Shown: positions 1 to 9,586 of the stretch, piece by piece
How the letters are laid out: every line of letters begins with the position of its first letter
How positions within the stretch are numbered: the stretch's first letter is position 1
Source: Thermoplasmata archaeon
Lineage (GTDB): Archaea; Thermoplasmatota; Thermoplasmata; Lutacidiplasmatales; UBA184
Length of the DNA stretch: 64,000 bases
Reading direction: 5' to 3'
Assembly: GCA_028864975.1 (NCBI GenBank)
Contig: JAGWLG010000002.1
Span: 125,481 to 189,480, forward strand
Made by a program: the position numbers and the translations under genes
Notes under the pieces: generated by a model
What the model was told of the DNA's origin: nothing
The model's input: only the letters and a program-made list of their open reading frames with translations
Databases searched by the model: none

Positions 1-75
1 GCTCATCGGCCGCTAAGGGCGACCATGAGAGAGAATCCCGGCGAGCCCGCTCGCTCCCGCTCGGGCCCGCGGGCC

Positions 76-1602
76 CTAGCTCGCGCCCTTCCTCAGGGTC
101 AGGACGGACTCTCTTAGGAGGAAGTCCCTACGTTGCCCCGAGCGACGGACGCGGGCGACCTCGAACTTCTCGACCTCGAACCCCGCACGTACCGCAAGCC
201 GACCGAAGAGCAGGTCTCCAGGAACGTAGCTACCGGCCATCCAACTGTCCCCGTTGACGACCACGAACTTCCCGCCGGGGCGTAGCGCGCGGTGGACCGC
301 CACGATCACCGGGACCAGGTCGTCGAAGTACTTCGCGACGATCTCCGCCATGTCGCGTCGGCGATAGACGGTCTTGGATGCGATGTTCTCCTCGATCTGC
401 CCCAGGGCGTGGGAAAGCCAGCCATCCTCCTTCACCCAACGTCCCGCTTCATGCGCGCTGATCACGCTGGGGGAGACGTTGTCGCAGGCCACCATGTCCG
501 ATTTTAGCCGCGCGAGGTCCTCGTAGCTGCGGACCTGGCCGAGCCACGCCATCTCGAGCTTGTAGTTCATCACATAGTCCATCCCGTTGACGTAGGGCGG
601 GCTGGTGATCGCCAGGTCGACGCTCGCCTCAGGGAGGTCGAGCTGCTTCGAGTTCTCTTCGAGGACTTGGGCCGGCGGTCCAAACCGCCCCCTTTGCGGC
701 TTGAGCCACGTGAGGTCGGTCGCGATGAGCTCCGCCATCCCAAGGAAGCGCTGGTAAGGGGTCTCGGCGCCCACCTCGGGCTTGCGCGCGTACCCCAGGC
801 AGGGCGAGCGCTTGAGCCGGCTCGAAGCGACGAGCACCCCCGCGAACGCGAGCTCGAGCAGAGAGCGGACCTCGCCCGCCGGTAGCCTCTCGAGCTCCGC
901 GCGCATCCGAAGGAGGGAATCGAGAGCTCCCGGGGCGAACTGTCGAGAGGTCTCTCGAAGGAACGGAGGGGGAGCTGGGGTCCCCCGTCGCGCGCGGACA
1001 ACGAGCTTACGAGCGGCAGAACGGACCCTTGAGGGAGCCGCCGTCCAGAGGTGCTTGGCGCGAATGACCATGGCGGCCACTGGCATGAGCTCGGAGGCGA
1101 TCGTCTGGGCTCCCCGGAGCCGCGCCTCCACGCTGACCGTGCCCGATCCTGCGAAGGGGTCAAGAACGACCTTCCCCGGGCCGATGTCGAAGGCTTCGCA
1201 AGTGCGACGGACGAACTCGGCACTGAATCCCTGAACGTAGGGCCACCACCGATGGACCGGAAGCTCCTCGTTCGGGTTGAACTGGATCTCCCCCTGGAAC
1301 GGGTCTGGGCCAGGAAGCTCGAAGCCCTTCAGGAAGCGGTCGAGATACCAGGACGGCCCCCGAACGTCGCTCTCCTCCCCGGGCTGACCCTTGTACCGGG
1401 GAAGGATCCAGAGCCCCTTCCCGACGCGCAGTACGCGCTGCGCCTGCGAGAGCCGACGGAGGGTCGCCTCGACCTCGACGACCGGCCTCCCCGTGGTGGA
1501 GGCCAATTGCTTGGAGGTGATCCCCAAGAGCCCCGCGTTCTCGATCGCGGAGAGCAGGGGCCTGTCGGCCGTTGACGCCACGAGCCCTTGCACGAACCCC
1601 AA
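76..1602 (-). CDS. Amino (N4-C/N6-A) DNA methyltransferase with N-terminal winged-helix domain
   Basis: Motif I DPFAGSGT precedes motif IV TSPPY by about 185 aa (alpha-group order). N-terminus GITSKQLASTTGRPVVEVEATLRRLSQAQRVLRVGKGLW is wHTH-like. Start is TTG 1602 or a GTG about 20 nt further in. Confidence 0.8.
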   Translation of the reverse strand: MGFVQGLVASTADRPLLSAIENAGLLGITSKQLASTTGRPVVEVEATLRRLSQAQRVLRVGKGLWILPRYKGQPGEESDVRGPSWYLDRFLKGFELPGPDPFQGEIQFNPNEELPVHRWWPYVQGFSAEFVRRTCEAFDIGPGKVVLDPFAGSGTVSVEARLRGAQTIASELMPVAAMVIRAKHLWTAAPSRVRSAARKLVVRARRGTPAPPPFLRETSRQFAPGALDSLLRMRAELERLPAGEVRSLLELAFAGVLVASSRLKRSPCLGYARKPEVGAETPYQRFLGMAELIATDLTWLKPQRGRFGPPAQVLEENSKQLDLPEASVDLAITSPPYVNGMDYVMNYKLEMAWLGQVRSYEDLARLKSDMVACDNVSPSVISAHEAGRWVKEDGWLSHALGQIEENIASKTVYRRRDMAEIVAKYFDDLVPVIVAVHRALRPGGKFVVVNGDSWMAGSYVPGDLLFGRLAVRAGFEVEKFEVARVRRSGQRRDFLLRESVLTLRKGAS

Positions 1603-1650
1603 GGTGGTCGAAGGCCGATAAAGTTCGTCCTTGGTCCGACGTGCGCGAGC

Positions 1651-2184
1651 TCAACGTGGCGGGGCAGGGGGTGGGGCGTTCCACCCGCCCCCGGGTCGAC
1701 GCTCGTGCTGAGCGGGGGCCCCGCCCGGACCACCGGGCACCTTCCCCAGGGCCTCGAGCCGACGCTGGCGCATGCTCTCGGTCCACTGCGCAAGTCCCTG
1801 GGCTTCCCGAGTACTGCCGGTGAGAAGATAGAGGGTCGAGAGCCCCATGCCCGAGAGCTCGACCATCAGTTCCATTCGGTTGTCCTTCACCTTGACCTCC
1901 TGGATCTTCTCGAGGTCGGCCCCAAAGCGAGGTCGGAACTGCCGTTCCTTGCCGAAGAGGCCCTTCTCGACCTCGTCGAACCCATAGCCGATCATTCGCT
2001 GGTCGGTTACGATGAGGTTCGTGGGTCGCTCCACCATCTCGTAGCGGATCTCGTCCATCCTCACCCCACGTCCCCCCTGGATCCCGATGACCATCGAGAA
2101 CAGGTTGGGTAGGAAGCCCAGGATCTGTTCCCCCGGACGCCACGGGATCAGGGGGAGGACCTCGGGAGGGACACCACCCGCCAT
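1651..2184 (-). CDS. Hypothetical protein, probable bacterial-type PH (bPH) domain with Pro-rich tail
   Basis: NLIVTDQRMIGYG resembles the PH-like LxxTxxRl motif. ATG 2184 chosen because a TTTAT box lies about 35 nt upstream (2218-2222); the ORF track extends to 2256. Confidence 0.5.
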   Translation of the reverse strand: MAGGVPPEVLPLIPWRPGEQILGFLPNLFSMVIGIQGGRGVRMDEIRYEMVERPTNLIVTDQRMIGYGFDEVEKGLFGKERQFRPRFGADLEKIQEVKVKDNRMELMVELSGMGLSTLYLLTGSTREAQGLAQWTESMRQRRLEALGKVPGGPGGAPAQHERRPGGGWNAPPPAPPR

Positions 2185-2272
2185 CGCGCCTCGAGGCGCA
2201 TCAGCACTTGCTAGGCGATAAACGATGGCCCCCTCGCACGGAGCCAAGAGCCCCACGAAGGGGAGCGCAGGA

Positions 2273-2575
2273 TCACCCGAAGTAGACCTGGACCTGCTCG
2301 GGGACCTTCTTTTCCTCTTCGGGCTTCGCCGCGTGGAGGATGTCGATGGAGAGGACCATGGCGGCGGGGATCAGCCGGATCCGCCCCTTCGCTTCCTTGC
2401 CGTGGGTGTCGTCGAGCTCGATGGAGAGCGCCTGGTCGCCGCTCCCGATGCCGACGTAGCCACGGAAGGTTCCCGTGGTCACGAGCGGGTCCTCCCCCTT
2501 GTCCCCGGACCGCACCTGGACCGAGGAGCCCGTGGTCAGGGACATCCCGGAACGCTTGGGCTTCTCTTCCGCCAT
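2273..2575 (-). CDS. Small beta-barrel protein, possibly Sm/LSm-like fold
   Basis: 100 aa with ATG and an upstream ATATAT box (about 2613-2618). Strand pattern TGTFRGY..ALSIEL..IRLIPAAMVLSIDI resembles Sm1/Sm2 motifs. Confidence 0.45.
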   Translation of the reverse strand: MAEEKPKRSGMSLTTGSSVQVRSGDKGEDPLVTTGTFRGYVGIGSGDQALSIELDDTHGKEAKGRIRLIPAAMVLSIDILHAAKPEEEKKVPEQVQVYFG

Positions 2576-2643
2576 CGGGTTCCCGCCTCAGGTATGCACC
2601 AGAGAGGTGGGATATATGCGACTTCGCAGGGGCGGCCCCGGGC

Positions 2644-3186
2644 CTACGCGCGCACGGAGGGGGCGGTGAGGGCCTTCCCAAGGGCTTCCCTACGCTCGAC
2701 TCCGGGTGTTGGGGTCGGCTTGCGCGAGCTCTCGACAAGCCCCTGCAGGTGATCGACCGTTTCGCGGTAGCGCTTGAGCGCGTTCTGCGCGTTCGCCTCG
2801 ACGAAGTCCCACGCCTTGGCCAGGTTCCCGTAGCGAATGCGGTAGCCCTTTCGGCCCTTCCCGGTCGCACGGACCTCGGGCACTTCTTCGAGCAGGTCCA
2901 TCGCCTTCAGCTTGTTGATGTGCCGGTAGACCGTCGGCTTGCTGGTCTTGAGCACCCCCGAGAGTTCCTCCGGGTACCAGGGACGTTCGGGGTTCCGCAG
3001 GAAGCAGTCCCGCACCAATCGGTAGGCGATCGACCGGTCGCCCCCCTCTCCTTCGGGGAGATACCCGATCAGGGTCAAGAACTCCCTCAAGACCTCGTCC
3101 AAGTCCTTCACCGGCGTGAGGGGCGTGGTGTAGCGGACCTGGATCTCGAACGTCACGGGAGCTCCTGGAGATGAGACGACGGCCAC
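2644..3186 (-). CDS. Winged-helix (ArsR-like) transcriptional regulator
   Basis: HTH WYPEELSGVLKTSKPTVYRHINKLKAMDLLEEV followed by a wing and a C-terminal helix. Confidence 0.75.
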   Translation of the reverse strand: MAVVSSPGAPVTFEIQVRYTTPLTPVKDLDEVLREFLTLIGYLPEGEGGDRSIAYRLVRDCFLRNPERPWYPEELSGVLKTSKPTVYRHINKLKAMDLLEEVPEVRATGKGRKGYRIRYGNLAKAWDFVEANAQNALKRYRETVDHLQGLVESSRKPTPTPGVERREALGKALTAPSVRA

Positions 3187-3296
3187 GCCAAATGAACGTT
3201 GCGCGGGGGCTCCCGCACGAAGGACGCCTCCCTGTGGCGCGAGGTGCGCCGAACTATAGGAAAGGGGGTTGAAGGGGAAGCTCTTCGACGGTCGGA

Positions 3297-4166
3297 ATGA
3301 GCTTCACGCTCCACTTCCCGACCCGGCTCGAAGAGGCTTGGGACCTCTTGGAACAGGGGCCCCCCGGCGCCTCGCTACCGATCGCGGGGGGGACGGACCT
3401 GCTCCTCGGGCTCGACTTCGGCCGCTTTGCCCCTGAGAGGCTCGTCTCCCTGTCGCGGCTGCCTCTCCAGCGGCTCGAGTTCGGACGGGACGGGGTCCGG
3501 ATCGGCAGCATGCTGCCCTTGCGGACGCTCGAGCTCGACGAGCGTGTCAGGAAGGGCGTGCCCGCGCTCGCCCAGGCGATCAACGAGGTCGGGAGCGTGC
3601 AGCTCCGTCATCGAGCGACCCTGGGAGGGAACGTGGTACGTGCCTCGGCCACCTCCGATCTGCTTCCGCCCCTGGTGGCCTTGGAGACCGAGCTCACGCT
3701 CGTAAGCCGCGGGGGACGCCGCACGGTCAGGCTGGAAGGGTTCGTGGAAGGTTCCTGGAAGACCGGCCTTCGCGTGGGGGAGATCGTGGAGGAGCTGCAT
3801 GTCCCCTCACCGCGTCCCGGGACCTACCAATGGCAACGGGTGCGTCCTGCGAACGACATCTCCCAGGTGGGCGTCGCCGTCGTGCGGCATCCGAAGAACG
3901 GGGGAGGCCCTTCCGTACGCTGGAGGATAGTCGCGGGAGGGACGGCAGGGTCGTTCCAGCGGCTCACGAGGGCGGAGGCCTGCCTCGAGCGTGACGAGCC
4001 CTCGGAGCGGGAAGTCGCGGAGGCCGCTCGTGAAGCCGCTGGGGAGGCGAAGTTCCTGACCGACCTTAGGGCGGCCGAGGAGTACCGAAGGCACCTCCTG
4101 AGGGTCCTCGTTCGCCGGGGGATCGAACGGACGGTACGCTCGGCTGCGACCGCCGGGGGCGGTTGA
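3297..4166 (+). CDS. Xanthine dehydrogenase/CoxM-family FAD-binding subunit
   Basis: AGGTDL and VGSVQLRHRATLGGN motifs; C-terminal D-x-RAAEEYRRHL. Confidence 0.9.
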   Translation: MSFTLHFPTRLEEAWDLLEQGPPGASLPIAGGTDLLLGLDFGRFAPERLVSLSRLPLQRLEFGRDGVRIGSMLPLRTLELDERVRKGVPALAQAINEVGSVQLRHRATLGGNVVRASATSDLLPPLVALETELTLVSRGGRRTVRLEGFVEGSWKTGLRVGEIVEELHVPSPRPGTYQWQRVRPANDISQVGVAVVRHPKNGGGPSVRWRIVAGGTAGSFQRLTRAEACLERDEPSEREVAEAAREAAGEAKFLTDLRAAEEYRRHLLRVLVRRGIERTVRSAATAGGG

Positions 4167-4756
4167 TGTCATCGCGCCCCCACCCGCTCCGGACGACCGT
4201 CAATGGCCGGAAGCGCACGCTCCGCGGGGTTCCCGACGACGAGCGGCTGCTGGACCTCCTGCGTTGGCGTCTCGGATTGAGAGGCACGAAGGAGGGTTGC
4301 CGCACGGGAGATTGTGGCGCCTGTACGGTCCTGCTCGACGACCGGACGACGCTCTCCTGTCTCACGCTCGCCCATGAGATCGAGGCCCGTCGCGTCGAGA
4401 CGATCGAGCATCTTGCACGGGGGAGTCCTGGGGGAAAGAAGGTCGCCGAGGCGTTCGCCCTCGCGGGGGGCGTGCAGTGCGGGTACTGCACCCCAGGCTT
4501 CGTGGTCGCCGTCGAGGGGTGGCTCCGCGAGCGGGAGGGAAGGGCACCCCAGGGGGTCGAGCAGCTTGCCGACGAGCTGGGAGGGAATCTCTGTCGGTGC
4601 ACCGGGTACTACGGGATCCTTCGTTCGCTCTCGAGGGTGCTCAACGAACGGGCCCGCGAGGTCTCGGAAGGGCCCGCTCGCTCGCGGTTCGCGAGGGTGG
4701 CCACCTCCCGCTCGGCGACGGTAGGATCCGGGTCGAAGGAGGAGGAACACCCATGA
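4166..4756 (+). CDS. Xanthine dehydrogenase/CoxS-family [2Fe-2S] subunit
   Basis: KEGCRTGDCGACTV..SCL and QCGYCTPG..NLCRCTGY motifs. ATG 4166 overlaps the upstream TGA (TGATG). Confidence 0.92.
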   Translation: MSSRPHPLRTTVNGRKRTLRGVPDDERLLDLLRWRLGLRGTKEGCRTGDCGACTVLLDDRTTLSCLTLAHEIEARRVETIEHLARGSPGGKKVAEAFALAGGVQCGYCTPGFVVAVEGWLREREGRAPQGVEQLADELGGNLCRCTGYYGILRSLSRVLNERAREVSEGPARSRFARVATSRSATVGSGSKEEEHP

Positions 4757-7056
4757 CCCGTCCTGACGCTCTTCCCAAGGCGGAAGGGAGGGTCGAGTTC
4801 GGCGCGGACCTCTCTGCCCCCAGGATGTTGTGGGCCGCCTACGCCACGGCCCCCCATCCGCACGCCCGCCTACGTTCACTATCGGTGGACGAGGCGCTGG
4901 CCACGCCAGGGGTCCGGGCGGTCCTGACCGCGGCCGACCTCTCCGCGCTGCTCCCCAAGAGGAAACCGGACCCGCAGCGCCCTCTGCTGGTGGCCAAGGA
5001 GTCGCGGTTCCAGGGAGAGCCCTTCGCCCTCGTGGCCGCGGAGGACCTCGCCACAGCACGGGCGGCGGCGCGGAGGGTCCGGGCGGATTGGGAGGTTCTT
5101 CCTGCCTTCACGGACCTCACGAAAGAGCTCCCTTCCTGGCCGACCCCCGAGGTGATGAAGGGGGACGACCGGGTCAACGCCCACGTTCTGGCCTCTCGAG
5201 GAGATTTCGAGAAGGCCTGCCGGGACGCTGACGTGGTCCACGACGAGACCTACCGAACGAACATGGTCGCGCAGGTTCCGATGGAACCTCACGCCTGCCT
5301 GGCCCGCGTTCGTGGCGAGGATTGGCACGTCCGGACGACCACGCAAACCCCCTTCGGATTGCGCGAGGACCTCGTGGACAAGCTCGGCCTCCCCACGGAG
5401 AGGGTCCGGGTGGAAGGGACCTGGGTCGGGGGAGGCTTCGGGGGCAAGAACGAGGCGCTTCTGGAGGCGCACGCCCTGCTGCTCTCGAAGCGGACGGGTC
5501 GGCCGGTTCGGCTCGCGCTCACGTTCCGGGAGGAGTTCCTCTTCTCGAGGACCACCCAACCCGCGGTCTTCCAGATGACGAGCTGTGTCCGGGGCGGACG
5601 GCTCATCGGTCGTCGTACGAGGCTCCTGCTCGACACCGGGGCCTCCCTCCCGGGTCGGGACTTCGCGCTGGGGTATGCGCTCGGATTCACGCTGGGGCCC
5701 TACCGTCTCGACGCCTGGGAGCTCGAGGGGTACGCCCTGCGGACCCACCGACCCCCGTTCGGCCCGCACCGCGCGCCGCTTGCGCCGCAGTGCAGCTTCG
5801 CCGCCGAAAGCCATCTCGACTCCCTCGCCCGCCGGATCGGGGTCGACCCTATCGCCTTCCGACGTCAGCATGTCTGGGAGGCCGGGGAGAAGACCGCGTT
5901 CGGCCAGGAGGTCCCGCCGTTCGCGGCCGCGGAGGCGCTGGCGCGGGGGCAGGCGCTGGAACGGTCGTGGAGGGCCGAGCTCCCCCCGGGCGGTGGGATC
6001 GGGATCGCGGTCGGGTTCTGGTCCACAGGGACCGGGGCGGGAGGCGAGGCCATCGTGCGACTCTGCCCCACCGGTCTCACCATCGTTCAAGGGGAGCGGG
6101 AGATCGGCACCGGCTCGGTGTGCGAGGCCACGCGGGCCATCGCATCGAGGGTGACGGGCCTGCCCATGGAAGCGGTCCAGGTCGAGTACCTTGACACGTC
6201 GCGTGCGCCGTTCGATAGCGGGGTCTGGGGGAGTCGGACGACCATCGCCCTCGGACGTGCCGTCCAAAAGGCGTGCGAGGCGCTTCTTCACGACCTCGGA
6301 CGGCGTGGGCTTGGTCTTGGCCGTGGTCATCCGAGGCAATCCCGCCGAGGGGCCCCCGAGGTCCGACTGGAGCTCTTTCGAGGGAGGGTCATGGTACGGC
6401 AGGGCGAGCTCGCGCGACCGCTCGTCGCGCTCCTGACCTCGCAAGAGCGCAAGCGTGGGGGGGTCGAAGCGCTCGGCAAGGAATACGGGAGGTCCCACGA
6501 CATCGACCGTTCGGTGGTGAAGGACGGGGAGCTCTACCCCTATTCGGACCTCATCGCGTCCGTGCATCTCGCGCAGGTGGCCGTGGACCGAGACACGGGG
6601 GCTGTCCGGGTCGAACGCTATGCCGCCTTCCAGGATGCGGGCCACGTGGTGGACCCGGAGGGATACCGCGGCCAGGTCGAAGGGGCCGTCCTGATGGGCC
6701 TGGGGACCGCGCTGACGGAGGAGGGGCTCCTCACCCCGCAAGGTCGGTTGCAGAACCCGGGGCTCCTGGACTACCGGATCCCGACCATCCGCGACGTGCC
6801 ATCGGAACTCCAGATCGTGGCCATTGAGGGACATCCGGGCAGCGGACCCTGGGGGGCGAAAGGGGTCGGCGAGCCGCCGATCATCCCCGTCCCCGCGGCG
6901 GTGGCGAACGCGCTCGCGGATGCGACCGGGGCGAGGGTGCTCGAGATCCCCCTCACGCCCGAGCGGGTGGCCCGAGCCCTCGGTATTATCTCTGCGCGCG
7001 CTCCCACCCAAGAGGTCCCGGGGATGCCACCGGTCACGCCGACGGGGGGGAAGTGA
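4753..7056 (+). CDS. Xanthine dehydrogenase/aldehyde oxidoreductase-family molybdopterin-binding subunit
   Basis: GGGFGGK, QVEGAVLMGLG and GAKGVGEPP (catalytic Glu). ATG 4753 in an ATGA overlap, preceded by GGAGG; the ORF-track start 4477 lies inside the upstream gene. Confidence 0.9.
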   Translation: MTRPDALPKAEGRVEFGADLSAPRMLWAAYATAPHPHARLRSLSVDEALATPGVRAVLTAADLSALLPKRKPDPQRPLLVAKESRFQGEPFALVAAEDLATARAAARRVRADWEVLPAFTDLTKELPSWPTPEVMKGDDRVNAHVLASRGDFEKACRDADVVHDETYRTNMVAQVPMEPHACLARVRGEDWHVRTTTQTPFGLREDLVDKLGLPTERVRVEGTWVGGGFGGKNEALLEAHALLLSKRTGRPVRLALTFREEFLFSRTTQPAVFQMTSCVRGGRLIGRRTRLLLDTGASLPGRDFALGYALGFTLGPYRLDAWELEGYALRTHRPPFGPHRAPLAPQCSFAAESHLDSLARRIGVDPIAFRRQHVWEAGEKTAFGQEVPPFAAAEALARGQALERSWRAELPPGGGIGIAVGFWSTGTGAGGEAIVRLCPTGLTIVQGEREIGTGSVCEATRAIASRVTGLPMEAVQVEYLDTSRAPFDSGVWGSRTTIALGRAVQKACEALLHDLGRRGLGLGRGHPRQSRRGAPEVRLELFRGRVMVRQGELARPLVALLTSQERKRGGVEALGKEYGRSHDIDRSVVKDGELYPYSDLIASVHLAQVAVDRDTGAVRVERYAAFQDAGHVVDPEGYRGQVEGAVLMGLGTALTEEGLLTPQGRLQNPGLLDYRIPTIRDVPSELQIVAIEGHPGSGPWGAKGVGEPPIIPVPAAVANALADATGARVLEIPLTPERVARALGIISARAPTQEVPGMPPVTPTGGK

Positions 7057-8207
7057 TCGACCGCGGCAAGGTCCAGGCCCGCCTGAAGGACTACCCCCTC
7101 CCGCCCGTGGTGGGGGCGGTGGCGTCCCACTCCGCGCTCGACGCGTTCGACGGGGCTTCCGCGGAGGGGTTCCGAACCCTCGCCATCTGTCAGCGGGGGC
7201 GCGAGAAGACCTACAGCCAGTACTACAGGGCTTTCCGCGACGTGACCGGGAACCTCCTCAAGGGCTGCGTCGACACCGCCTATGTGCTCGAGAAGTTCGA
7301 CGACATTCTGGACGAAGGCGTCCAGGAGAAGCTCCGTCAGATGGGCACCCTCTTGGTGCCGAACCGCGCGCTCTCCTCCTACGTTCCCATCGATGAGGTC
7401 GAAGAGAAGCTCGCCCTGCCGATCCTCGGTTCCCGCGCGATGCTGCGCATCGAGGAGAGGAGCGAGCGGGAGAACTACTACACCCTCCTCGAGAAGGCGC
7501 AGATCCCGACCCCTCATCCCGTCGTCGACGTGAAGCAGATCGAGGGGCTCTCGATCGTGAAGCTCCCGCACGCGAAGAAGCGGTTGGAGCGAGGGTTCTT
7601 CACCTGTGCCTCCCACGCCGAGTTCCTCAAGAAATCCGGGGCCCTGCTCGCCCAAGGGACGGTGACCCAGGAAGACCTGGACCACGCGCGCGTGGAGCAG
7701 TACATCATCGGACCCGTGTTCAACCTGAACTTCTTCCTGAGCCCGCTCGCCCCCCGTATCGAACGCTTGGAGCTCCTGGGGGTCGACGAACGGCGCGAGA
7801 GCTCGCTGGACGGGATGGTCCGGCTTCCCGCGGAGCAGCAGCTGGCGTTGCCCGAGACCGCACGGATCCCGGAGTACACCGTCGTGGGTCACGGGAGCCT
7901 CACGCTGCGGGAGTCGCTCCTGGAGGAAGCGCTGAAGCTCGGGGAGAAGTTCGTGGATGCCGCGAAGGAGCGCTATCCTCCAGGGATCATCGGCCCCTTC
8001 TGTCTTCAGACCTGCGTGGACAAGGACGGCAAGCCCTTCGTCTTCGATGTCGCCGTCCGCCTCGGCGGGGGGACGAACATCCACATGTCGCTCGGCCACC
8101 CCTACGGGAACACCCTTTGGAGGGTCCCGATGTCCTCGGGACGCCGACTCGCCTTCGAACTGCGTCGTGCCCTGGACGAGGGACGCTTGGAGGAGCTCGT
8201 CACATGA
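7053..8207 (+). CDS. purP: PurP-family formate-dependent ATP-grasp ligase (FAICAR synthetase or PurP-like paralog)
   Basis: ASHSALD N-terminal motif, GIIGPFCLQ, RLGGGTN..GHPYGN. GTGA overlap with the upstream gene. Confidence 0.85.
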   Translation: MIDRGKVQARLKDYPLPPVVGAVASHSALDAFDGASAEGFRTLAICQRGREKTYSQYYRAFRDVTGNLLKGCVDTAYVLEKFDDILDEGVQEKLRQMGTLLVPNRALSSYVPIDEVEEKLALPILGSRAMLRIEERSERENYYTLLEKAQIPTPHPVVDVKQIEGLSIVKLPHAKKRLERGFFTCASHAEFLKKSGALLAQGTVTQEDLDHARVEQYIIGPVFNLNFFLSPLAPRIERLELLGVDERRESSLDGMVRLPAEQQLALPETARIPEYTVVGHGSLTLRESLLEEALKLGEKFVDAAKERYPPGIIGPFCLQTCVDKDGKPFVFDVAVRLGGGTNIHMSLGHPYGNTLWRVPMSSGRRLAFELRRALDEGRLEELVT

Positions 8208-9424
8208 GCGCATCCTCGCCCGCCACCGTGGCCGAGGCGACGCCCTCGCCCATCCTCAAGACCCCGCTCCACGACCTTCACGTGGAAGCGGGCGGGCACA
8301 TGGTCCCCTTTGGAGGGTGGGAGATGCCGCTCTACTACACTCGGACCGGCATCCTCGAGGAGCACAAGGCCGTGCGGGAGCGGGTCGGGCTGTTCGACGT
8401 CTCCCACATGGGGATCGTCTCGATCGAAGGGAGGTCGTCCGCGGCTCTGCTGGCCCGCCGAACCCCGGCGAACGCCCTGACCACCCCCTCGGGCCGGTGC
8501 CGGTACTCCTTCTTCCTGGACGCGGAGGCGAGGATGATCGACGACCTCATCTTCACCCGGCTAGATGAGGAGCCGGAGCCCACGAGCTTCCTCTTCGTTC
8601 CGAACGCCGGGACGACGCCACGGGTCCTGGAGGTCCTGCTCCAGCACCGCCCGGAGGGGTGCGAGATCGTCCGCCACAACGGCAGCCTGGCGATCATCGC
8701 GGTGCAGGGTCCGCGGTCCCGAGAGCTGCTCGAGAACACTTACGGTTGGGACCTCTCGATGAAGATGTACACCGGGGGATTCTTCACCTTCGGAGAGAAG
8801 GGGCCGCGCCATTTCGGAAAGGGGTTCGCCTCGCGGCTTCGCGACGGGAAGGAGGCGTTCATCAGCCGAACGGGGTACACGGGCGAGCTAGGATTCGAGG
8901 TGTTCGTCTCCGGAACGCGGGCCGTCGAGATCTGGAAGCAGCTCTCCGCGAAGGGAGCGGTCCCTTGCGGCCTGGGAGCCCGGGACACGCTGCGCATGGA
9001 GAAGGGGTTCCTGCTCTCGGGCGTCGACTTCCATCGGGACCGGACCCCGCTCGAGGCCGTCATGGACCGCTTCCTCGACATGGACCACCCCTTCGTCGGA
9101 CGGGAGGCCATGGAGAAGCAGCGGCAGGGGGGGAAGTACACGCGCTGGTCAGGGGTCCTGGTCGACGACCCCTCCACCATCCCTCGGCATGGGGCCCCGA
9201 TCCTGCACAACGGGGCTCCGGTCGCCACGGTGAGCTCGGGTTGTCAATCTCCCACGCTGCATCGAGGGATCGCGCTCGCCTATCTCCCCCCGGAGCTCTC
9301 CACGACCGGGACCTCGCTCGAGATCGAGGTTCGCGGGCGGCGATGCGGTGCGAAGGTCGTCCCTCTCCCGTTCGTTCCGAACGCGCCGTCACCGAAGGCC
9401 TCGGCCCCACGAGCTGGGTCGTAG
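8204..9424 (+). CDS. gcvT: Glycine cleavage system T protein (aminomethyltransferase)
   Basis: KTPLHDLH, FGGWEMP, GLFDVSHMG, SRTGYTGELGFE, GLGARDTLRMEKG. ATG 8204 in an ATGA overlap. Confidence 0.95.
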   Translation: MSASSPATVAEATPSPILKTPLHDLHVEAGGHMVPFGGWEMPLYYTRTGILEEHKAVRERVGLFDVSHMGIVSIEGRSSAALLARRTPANALTTPSGRCRYSFFLDAEARMIDDLIFTRLDEEPEPTSFLFVPNAGTTPRVLEVLLQHRPEGCEIVRHNGSLAIIAVQGPRSRELLENTYGWDLSMKMYTGGFFTFGEKGPRHFGKGFASRLRDGKEAFISRTGYTGELGFEVFVSGTRAVEIWKQLSAKGAVPCGLGARDTLRMEKGFLLSGVDFHRDRTPLEAVMDRFLDMDHPFVGREAMEKQRQGGKYTRWSGVLVDDPSTIPRHGAPILHNGAPVATVSSGCQSPTLHRGIALAYLPPELSTTGTSLEIEVRGRRCGAKVVPLPFVPNAPSPKASAPRAGS

Positions 9425-9586
9425 GCTCCCGCTCCCCGATGGAAGCCTGAAGTGCCTCGCGCCTCCCTCACAACCGTGGCGCGACCCCCAGCCCGACGGC
9501 GTTTCGGTCACGTCGCGGCGTGGCTCCGGCTGCGCCTGCCCCCTCCGACGGCGCCGGTCGTGCTCTTGGGCGACCGTCCACCGCCG

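Noticed and set aside
3297-7056. Aerobic CO dehydrogenase (coxMSL)
   Set aside because: The large subunit lacks both AYxCSFR (form I) and AYRGAGR (form II), and no cox accessory genes are present.
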